The position numbers were made by a program, and so were the translations under genes. The notes under the pieces were generated by a model. The model saw only the letters and a list, made by a program, of their open reading frames with translations. It made no database searches and was not told the DNA's origin. From positions 186,001-250,000 of the IMG/VR virus record IMGVR_UViG_3300035180_001778: a DNA stretch of 64,000 nucleotides, one strand, 5' to 3'. Below, piece by piece: positions 58,633 to 64,000 of this stretch (position 1 is the stretch's first letter; every line of letters begins with the position of its first letter).

Positions 58633-58695
58633 CTGGGCGTCCTATCACTTAGACGACTCTCGTGAGAGAGGAAGGTGTCGAACCTTCATACCCAA
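58633..58695 (-). ncRNA. Circularly permuted tRNA-like module (T-arm, capped acceptor, D-arm)
   Basis: UUGGG-UAU-GAAGG UUCGACA CCUUC-CUCUC UCAC GAGAG-UC-GUCU AAGUGAUA GGAC-G-CCCAG. Confidence 0.6.
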
Positions 58696-58829
58696 CGGGG
58701 TGCCCGATACCAACGGACAGATGGGACTCGAACCCACCTCGACCCCTACTCTAAGAAGTCCGAACACGTTGGAAATTCACAGGTCTGCTTTCCACCGCAG
58801 AGCAAGCTTTAATCGTGTTCAGTCTTCGG

Positions 58830-58914
58830 TCGCAAGCCAGGGAGTCGAACCCCGCTTCACATCGATCACCTTGGAAGGCTGGCCGCCCGGCCACTTTTCG
58901 TCGATGCCCTGCGA
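58830..58914 (-). ncRNA. tRNA-like RNA with acceptor-like stem, T-arm and branched arm, lacking a D-arm
   Basis: UCGCAGG/CUUGCGA closing stem and CGGGG-UUCGACU-CCCUG arm; begins right after a promoter motif. Confidence 0.5.
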
Positions 58915-58921
58915 TGAGGGT

Positions 58922-58949
58922 CCTACAACGGGAGGACCTGCCCGATCAA
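58922..58949 (-). promoter_or_regulatory. Phage promoter TTGATC-N16-TGTAGG
   Basis: Exact motif and spacing. Confidence 0.7.
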
Positions 58950-58961
58950 CCTCAAAGACTT

Positions 58962-59348
58962 CTGAATAGTCGATCTGTGTGGCCGCTCAGGTGCAATCAC
59001 GGTAGTCATGTACCGGAGGATTGCCGATCCCGCCGCCTGGGTCTTCGGTCCGGGGGTGCCAGTTCGCCCTCTACGCTGGCACCCTTGTCCTTCCACACAG
59101 AATCAGAAACCTCAAGTCAGACCTACGTGGTCTTGACGTTGGCCGTTCCGGTGAGTCATGTCACCGAGGCTGCTCCCGCGTTGGCGTTGGGGTCTTGGGT
59201 CAGTGTTGGCGTCGAGTATCTTACCCACCTTGGAGGCATGGGTACCTTCTGAGCGCGCTTCTGACTTGTCCCTGCCACGCAGGCCTGACTTGAGGCGTCG
59301 TACTATTCAGTTGTCAATGACCGAGTCGGCTTTCGTTCTCCGTCTCGT
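58962..59348 (-). ncRNA. Structured ncRNA C (about 390 nt)
   Basis: 21-bp helix 59110-59130/59275-59295 with two G-U pairs on the minus strand; closing helix 58962-58970/59302-59310; twin CAUGAC-loop hairpins. Confidence 0.6.
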
Positions 59349-59354
59349 AGTAGT

Positions 59355-59382
59355 TCTACAGTCTGAGTCGTTCCCTGATCAA
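59355..59382 (-). promoter_or_regulatory. Phage promoter TTGATC-N16-TGTAGA (ncRNA C)
   Basis: Exact motif and spacing. Confidence 0.7.
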
Positions 59383-59402
59383 CCTCGGGGTGTTTTTTCT
59401 TG

Positions 59403-59551
59403 AGGTTCGGGTTGAGCAGAGCACAACCTTCGTGCTGACTCGAACAGCCACACCCAACCTTGGGATACCGGACTCGAACCGGAATACAGAGGCTTATGCT
59501 GCCCCTGTGAGATACCCTTCTCTCCAGTTGTGCTCTGCTCAACCCGAACCT
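59403..59551 (-). ncRNA. Structured ncRNA D: perfect 25-bp stem enclosing tRNA-like arms
   Basis: 59403-59427 is the exact reverse complement of 59527-59551; two UUCGAGU T-loops inside. Confidence 0.6.
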
Positions 59552-59553
59552 AG

Positions 59554-59638
59554 CGGAAGATAGAGGCGTCGAACCCCGGCAGATAAATCCGCCACACCGT
59601 TTTCCAAACGGGCCTCGCTCCGAGCGAGAATATCTTCC
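59554..59638 (-). tRNA. tRNA-Ser(GGA), 8/4 fold
   Basis: Acceptor GGAAGAUA/UAUCUUCC, 6-bp D-stem, long variable arm. Confidence 0.8.
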
Positions 59639-59644
59639 AAAACG

Positions 59645-59762
59645 TGGGGGAGTGTCCAGGAATCGAACCTGGCTAGCTTTTCAGCAGGTCATTGAGAGAA
59701 GGAGCATGTGGCCACATGCTCAAACCTCATAAAAACCCTCGTCTTCCAAGACGAACACTCCC
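59645..59762 (-). ncRNA. tRNA-His-like RNA with greatly extended anticodon arm
   Basis: G-1:C73-type acceptor with CCA, perfect T-arm, 118 nt long. Confidence 0.55.
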
Positions 59763-59764
59763 TT

Positions 59765-59834
59765 TTTGCCGAGGGGAGTTGAACCCCCAACCTTCCCCTT
59801 GTGGGGGATGTTCTACCATTGGAACTACGGCTAC
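59765..59834 (-). pseudogene. Degenerate tRNA
   Basis: Intact D- and T-arms, only a 4-bp acceptor, 5-nt anticodon loop CACAA. Confidence 0.55.
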
Positions 59835-60186
59835 ATCTTGAGGGGGAAGCGACTCTGGCCTTACCCGCGGCCCCCAAGGGGGCGGGCCAGAGTCTTTTCA
59901 CCAAGGCCGGCGACCCTGGACTTCACGGCCCCGCTGCCTTTGGCAGATTCGGGGTAGTCTTACTCGCCTTCATCAGGGGAGCCCGTTTGAGTTTTCCTGT
60001 GGAGGGGTAACTCAGAAACCCAGGGATGTTTTGGACGGCCTTATCCCACCGAGCCGCCAAGCCTCGCATTGTAGCCCGGTATCACCCGGGGGCTTGGTCT
60101 ACGCGGTCTTTGTCCCGCATGGTCATCTGCATGTTTTCACTGTATCTCCTTCCGTCTCCTTTTCGTTTCAGCGTCTCGATGTAACC

Positions 60187-60214
60187 TCTACAGGCCGACC
60201 CCCAAGACGATCAA
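60187..60214 (-). promoter_or_regulatory. Phage promoter TTGATC-N16-TGTAGA at the head of the RNA island
   Basis: Exact motif and spacing. Confidence 0.7.
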
Positions 60215-60230
60215 CCGAATCGGATCTTTT

Positions 60231-61156
60231 CTACTGCGTCTCGGAAATGACGCGGAGCGTATGGTAGAACTGCGGTGCGTCATTCTCGTTCGGGATCCCG
60301 GCGGAGTTGCCGTCGTTGACCTCGATCACCCACCACTTCCCCTCGACATCCTGTGCAATGTCCAGGGCAGCGAAGGGGGTGCCCAGACGAGCCCCCACAG
60401 CTTGGAGCCAGGAAGCCGGGGATGCGCGTCGATGCTCTCGATGTAGGTAGCCCCCTCCGTCCAGTACCGATAGGTCGCGAAGGGCTGCCCCCTCAAGAAG
60501 AAGGTGCGGAACTCCTGAACCAGGGGCATCCGGCTCTTCGTGTGAATGCCCACTTGCTTGAGGTTCAAGAACTCGCGGAAGACCAAGCCTCCGTAGAAGT
60601 CGTCACCCTGCAACCGGATGAAGTTCGAAGCGACTCGGGTCACCTCCGTGGCGTCGCTCGCATCACGGATGAAGCAGGCGTCGAACCACTCGTGCTTCCG
60701 GCTCTTGAGGAAGTCCTTCACCATCACCGGCTTCGGGCCGAAGTTCATCTCCACAAGTGCGGCGACCTGCTCCATGGTCGGAGGCTTCTTCCACGAGATG
60801 ATCGAAGACCTCGGCGTCAGCTCCTTCAGATCGGCGTACCACCGAGGGAGGTCGTGCGACCACATGTAGTTCTCGGGGGTCGTGAGAAGACCCGGGACCA
60901 GCTCGACGAGCTGCTCGAACTCTTGGGGCTTGAGAATACACCCCCGGTAGAGAGCCGGACCCTTGATGCCGCTCCAGTGCTGTCGGTTGAGTGCCTCGTT
61001 TTCGGGAGTCACTCGGAAGGGCTCCCCGAAGACCCCGCCGCTCAAGAACGCGATCTGAAATCCAACCGAACGCGCAACTTCGATCTCGCCCACCCAGGAC
61101 GGGTCAGGAGTTCGGATCGTTCCGGGTTGTGCGGGGAATACCAGAGTGCAGTCCAT
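60231..61156 (-). pseudogene. ATP-grasp (R2K-like) protein, frameshifted near 60420
   Basis: VKDFLKSRKHEW and EFRTFF are in frame; the conserved tail LDIAQ...WWVIEVNDG is in the -1 frame and ends at TAG 60231-60233. Confidence 0.75.
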
Positions 61157-61163
61157 GGGAGCC

Positions 61164-61778
61164 TCAGCGGGGGTTCAGATTCTCGCAGAGCATGTTCATG
61201 AACATCTCGCCCTGCTCGATCGCATCGTCAATAGCGACGTGCGTGTGCCTCTTCTTCGAGAACCAGCGCTTCGGCATGGTCCTCTTGGTCGTCCCGCGGT
61301 AGGGCAGGCGTAGGACAGCGCTCGCGTAGGACTTCACGTCCATGGCCGAGAAGCTGAACGGGCTCATCCCACCGAAGTACATGAGGTACCAGTACACGAA
61401 CAGGAAGTCGAAGCCCGCCGGATACCCAACGAACACGAGGTTCGTCGAGGTCCCAGACGGAACCAAGAGGTTGACTCCCGGTAGCTTCTGGAGCCAGGTG
61501 CAATACCTGCCCATGGCCTCAAGAGGTTCCTCCTGATCCTTCTGGCAGGCATCCCACGCCGCGGGTTGCGTCTTCCACCAGGCCATCGTATCAGGATGGC
61601 CCGCAGCACCCAGTAGGGGTTTCAGGTTCGCGGAGAAGCCTCCGAGGAAAACCTTCTCGTAACGTCCGTTGGTCTCTCGAAGCACAAAGGCAGCGGAGCC
61701 GATGCTCAGCATCGAGTGAGGCCCGGGAATGGGGCCATCGGCCTCGATGTCGGTGCTGACGTAAATCTCAGTAGTCAT
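61164..61778 (-). CDS. DEDDh 3'-5' exoribonuclease (RNase AS/Rv2179c-like)
   Basis: STDIEADGP, GFDF and HVAIDDA motifs. Confidence 0.8.
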   Translation of the reverse strand: MTTEIYVSTDIEADGPIPGPHSMLSIGSAAFVLRETNGRYEKVFLGGFSANLKPLLGAAGHPDTMAWWKTQPAAWDACQKDQEEPLEAMGRYCTWLQKLPGVNLLVPSGTSTNLVFVGYPAGFDFLFVYWYLMYFGGMSPFSFSAMDVKSYASAVLRLPYRGTTKRTMPKRWFSKKRHTHVAIDDAIEQGEMFMNMLCENLNPR

Positions 61779-61785
61779 TGACCTG

Positions 61786-62064
61786 TCAGTACACCAAAAC
61801 ACCCGCCGCCTGAGCAAGCGCGATCAGAGCTTCATCGACCGTCCCAGCATGCTCGTGCGTCAGAACGATGGTCTCCGACTTGGGGGTGTTGAAGTCAGAG
61901 CCGTAGAGCCGCTCCTTCCGGACCACGGACGCGGACACAGTGTCACAGCCGTCGAAGTTCAGGGGGTGGGGTTCGCACTCAACACGAACGACATAATCTT
62001 CCGACCGCTCGCGCTTCAGGTAGAATGCGTTGACGATCTTTCGGCACAAAGCCATGTATTCCAT
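61786..62064 (-). CDS. Hypothetical protein
   Basis: GGTGTA-N9-ATG; the longer ORF would overlap a tRNA. Confidence 0.5.
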   Translation of the reverse strand: MEYMALCRKIVNAFYLKRERSEDYVVRVECEPHPLNFDGCDTVSASVVRKERLYGSDFNTPKSETIVLTHEHAGTVDEALIALAQAAGVLVY

Positions 62065-62081
62065 GGCTAGCCATACACCAG

Positions 62082-62168
62082 CGGAAGAAGGAGGAGTCGA
62101 ACCCCGGGCAGGTTTCCCCACCCACTTCGCTTTCCAAGCGAGCCCCGCTCCGAGCAGGAACATCTTCC
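62082..62168 (-). tRNA. tRNA-Ser(GGA), 8/4 fold (second copy)
   Basis: Acceptor GGAAGAUG/CUUCUUCC, T-stem GGGG/CCUC, long variable arm. Confidence 0.8.
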
Positions 62169-62243
62169 AAGTCTGCAACTACTGAATCCGTAACTGAAAT
62201 TCCCTACTGAGGCTCTTTCTATCCCCACTTTCAAGTGGGGGGT

Positions 62244-62504
62244 ATGACCATGAAACGCAGCAAGTCTCAAGACCGTCTACGCCTTCGAGCGACTCTCCCC
62301 CGAGAGCGCCAGGAGACCCTTCTTCCTTGCCCCGCGTGCGCTGGCAACAAGCTCCTCTTGAAAGAGACTCCCGACGGTCTCTACAAGATGAAGCCGTGCC
62401 GTTGGTGCGACGGTACAGGAGCGGTTGATCGCATCATTCAGCGCATGTGGGCCCGCTGGACCAAGATGCTCGCGTACAACCGCAACAAGGGTCACTGCGG
62501 CTAG
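62244..62504 (+). CDS. Small DnaJ-type zinc-finger protein
   Basis: CPACAG and CRWCDGTG motifs. Confidence 0.55.
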   Translation: MTMKRSKSQDRLRLRATLPRERQETLLPCPACAGNKLLLKETPDGLYKMKPCRWCDGTGAVDRIIQRMWARWTKMLAYNRNKGHCG

Positions 62505-62920
62505 TCGTCGTCAGCCAGGAGGTGCTCTTGCCAGGGACGACCCTCTACACGAGGAACATGCGGCCAGAGAAGAGCGAAGACACTCGGGCTGCACGTTGCC
62601 TTGCCGATGTCCCCGGTTGTGGCTGCCAACAAGTTCTTCTTCACCACGGCATCCCCATCCGAGTACACCTCTTCGATGTAGTACGCATGGTACAGCATGA
62701 CCTTGGGCAAGTTGACTCCAGGTCGCCTCCAGATTTGAAGACGACACAGATCGGGGTGTACACCCCAGTACACCCCCGAAAACATCTTGTTGAGCTTCTC
62801 GACTGCCTCAACTCGAAGGGGGGAGTCATAGGGAGTCTGCTCTTCTGGTCTTGAAAGAATGCTCAGAAGCACCCCCGCGCGCTTCGCTTTCTCTGCGTAC
62901 TGGACAGGATCTTCGGACAT
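62501..62920 (-). CDS. Hypothetical protein
   Basis: GGTGTA-N10-ATG upstream. Confidence 0.55.
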   Translation of the reverse strand: MSEDPVQYAEKAKRAGVLLSILSRPEEQTPYDSPLRVEAVEKLNKMFSGVYWGVHPDLCRLQIWRRPGVNLPKVMLYHAYYIEEVYSDGDAVVKKNLLAATTGDIGKATCSPSVFALLWPHVPRVEGRPWQEHLLADDD

Positions 62921-62964
62921 GAAAAAGGGGTACACCGACCCGAGAGTCAGCGTACCCCTTTCAG

Positions 62965-63525
62965 TCAGCCCGAGGCCTGGTTCTGCTGGAACCCCACGAG
63001 GAAGGGTTCCCAGAGGTCCGACTTGACGTCATGCCGGATCTGGGGAGCCCCCAACGGCAGAGTCTTCGGAGCGTGCGGATGCGCGATGCCCTTCCACGTT
63101 GCCGGGGGCTTGAGCCTCATGCCCGCTTCTGCCGGCGTGCGACCAGCCTTGCGGCCGTTGCACGGGTAGCAGCTCGTCACGATGTTCTCCCACACCGTCT
63201 TCCCACCCTGGCGCCTCGGAACCACATGGTCGTAGTTCAGGTCCTTCCGCGACTTGGTGGTGCCGCAGTAGCAGCACATGAAGTTGTCGCGAGCGAAGAC
63301 GTTCTCCCGTGAGAACTTGACGCCCCGCTTGCGATACGGGACGACCTTCTTGAGCATGGCGACCGCGGGCATCTTGACGACCTGCCCATCACGCTCGCAG
63401 AGGACCTCGTCGTACTCTTCCAGGATTTGGATTTTGCCGTTGCAGAAGTCGACCATTGCGACCTGCCACGGCACGACTCTGTGTGGGGCCATCCACGAGT
63501 TCAAGATCAGCGTATGCGAGTTCAT
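62965..63525 (-). CDS. HNH endonuclease (McrA-like)
   Basis: Start MNSH at 63525; FSRENVFARDNFMCCYCG, DHVVP and WENIVTSCYPCN motifs. Confidence 0.88.
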   Translation of the reverse strand: MNSHTLILNSWMAPHRVVPWQVAMVDFCNGKIQILEEYDEVLCERDGQVVKMPAVAMLKKVVPYRKRGVKFSRENVFARDNFMCCYCGTTKSRKDLNYDHVVPRRQGGKTVWENIVTSCYPCNGRKAGRTPAEAGMRLKPPATWKGIAHPHAPKTLPLGAPQIRHDVKSDLWEPFLVGFQQNQASG

Positions 63526-63577
63526 GGGACACCTTCGTGATGCGCCCCAACTTGGAGCGGCTACCGTTTCAATTGCA

Positions 63578-63654
63578 TGGTGCCCGCCGGGGGATTCGAA
63601 CCCCCAACCTTCCGTTTTTGAGGCGGACGCCGCTGCCAGTTGGGCTAGACGGGC
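63578..63654 (-). tRNA. tRNA-Leu(CAA) with short variable loop
   Basis: Acceptor GCCCGUC/GGCGGGC, A73, CCA, loop CUCAAAA, 5-nt variable region. Confidence 0.75.
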
Positions 63655-63708
63655 ATAATACAGGAAGGCCCTGGTTGCGATCAACCAAGGCCTTCCAATT
63701 CGAGAATT

Positions 63709-64000
63709 TGGAGCTGCCGGGAATCGAACCCGGGTCCGCAAAGCTTCCGTTCCGCTTTCGTTTACGTGCGTAGCCGCCATATCCCTGGCGGCTGGGTTCG
63801 CGGATTTGGCCGCGAACTATCTCGTCTGCTTGTCTCGAAGGGGTAGCCGCCGAGCACGCTTCCCCTTCCAGCCCTGTGGGTTGACACCGGAAATCCAGCT
63901 ACTAGGACGATCTTGCTGGCCGATGGTCACTACGCAGCCATCTGCATGGGGACGAGAGCGTTGTCGTTCGCAGGTATACGTCTCGATTGATTACGGCGGG
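63709..64000 (-). ncRNA. ssrA: tmRNA (5' end outside the window); tag ANDNALVPMQMAA
   Basis: 3' end GCGGACCCGGGUUCGAUUCCCGGCAGCUCCA; tag ORF 63971-63930 ends in AA followed by stop. Confidence 0.9.

Noticed and set aside
58241-59252. Plus-strand ORFs of 242 and 145 aa across the RNA island
   Set aside because: No protein-like motifs. They run antisense to T-loop elements, and the promoters and G-U pairing favour minus-strand RNA.
59895-59978. CUGAUGA...GAAA, a possible hammerhead ribozyme core
   Set aside because: I could not build stems I-III with the required geometry by hand.
58045-60214. RNase P RNA or SRP RNA in the island
   Set aside because: I did not find the GAGGAAAGUCC/CGGCUUA motifs of RNase P or the SRP domain IV motif.
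60226-60290. Short inverted repeats next to the RNA island
   Set aside because: They fall within the frameshifted C-terminal coding tail of the ATP-grasp gene, upstream of the first island promoter.

Overview
This window is part of a large, high-GC (about 60% by eye) tailed-phage genome, probably a jumbo phage, with almost all genes on the minus strand. 0-26 kb is the head module: major capsid, decoration-like protein, Gln-rich scaffold, prohead protease, portal, three tandem paralogs, terminase and many likely internal head proteins that share an RV-x-x-RF tag and (K/R)-x-A motifs. 26-52 kb is a bacterial-type transcription, replication and recombination module: a tandem sigma-region-4 protein, a NusG-KOW/5'-3' exonuclease fusion, DnaX/HolA/HolB, a DnaN-like clamp, a primase core, split SbcC with SbcD, RecA, RuvC, an SSB candidate, RecD2, LigA and a class II ribonucleotide reductase. 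52-64 kb is accessory: GroEL, AlkB, a frameshifted ATP-grasp gene, a DEDD exoribonuclease, an HNH nuclease, tRNAs and a partial tmRNA. The most striking feature is a roughly 2.2 kb non-coding island (58045-60214). Four copies of a strictly spaced promoter (TTGAYC-N16-TGTA) point into several structured RNAs closed by 21-29 bp stems, a circularly permuted tRNA-like module and other tRNA mimics. All five tRNA-Ser genes in the window have the non-canonical 8/4 fold. Protein calls come from motifs recognised by eye and RNA structures were folded by hand; no database searches were run.
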